Assembly (NCBI GenBank): GCA_016839445.1
Contig: JAEOUG010000021.1
Location: 1 to 35,630 of the forward strand
Length of the DNA stretch: 35,630 bases
Source: Candidatus Thorarchaeota archaeon
GTDB taxonomy: Archaea; Asgardarchaeota; Thorarchaeia; Thorarchaeales; Thorarchaeaceae
Direction: 5' to 3'
Below, in pieces: positions 35,630-35,630 of the stretch (position 1 is its first letter; each line of letters begins with the position of its first letter). Position numbers and translations under genes: made by a program. The notes beneath the pieces were generated by a model. It was not told the DNA's origin and did not search any database. It was given only the letters and a program-made list of their open reading frames with translations.

Positions 35630-35630
35630 A

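Noticed and set aside
1-35630. CRISPR array, tRNA/rRNA, IS element, integrase or defence system
   Set aside because: Intergenic gaps are short (under about 240 nt), and I saw no repeat-spacer pattern, cloverleaf, or transposase or defence motifs.
1-35630. Selenocysteine or pyrrolysine read-through
   Set aside because: Recognised proteins appear full-length at their stops, and no homology visibly continues past a TGA or TAG.

Overview
An archaeal chromosomal window of roughly 25 genes with no tRNA, rRNA, CRISPR array or mobile element that I can support. The gene content suggests an Asgard archaeon, most likely Thorarchaeota (inference): archaeal isoprenoid enzymes, GGTGA/GGAGG Shine-Dalgarno sites, TATA-like promoters, MutS1/MutL, and many secreted proteins ending in a TM helix plus basic tail. 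Housekeeping and metabolic genes include mutL, mutS, transaldolase, rpe, isopentenyl phosphate kinase, a VTE5/dolichol-kinase-like isoprenoid alcohol kinase, a geranylgeranyl reductase-family enzyme, a long-chain-type polyprenyl synthase (partial), an Fe-S aldo/keto reductase, an amidohydrolase, an ABC exporter and an MFS transporter. These are interspersed with at least seven membrane-anchored surface proteins. The strongest leads are: (1) a surface aryl-sulfate sulfotransferase fused to an SCP2-like lipid-binding domain; (2) an isoprenoid-alcohol kinase + IPK operon that may be a natural isoprenol salvage route; (3) a 1952-aa Tyr/Trp-rich surface protein; (4) three hairpin terminators sharing an identical TCTTTTCTTC tail; (5) a likely CTG-initiated MFS gene; (6) TTGAC-type palindromes around a membrane-tethered wHTH regulator and its neighbouring ABC exporter.
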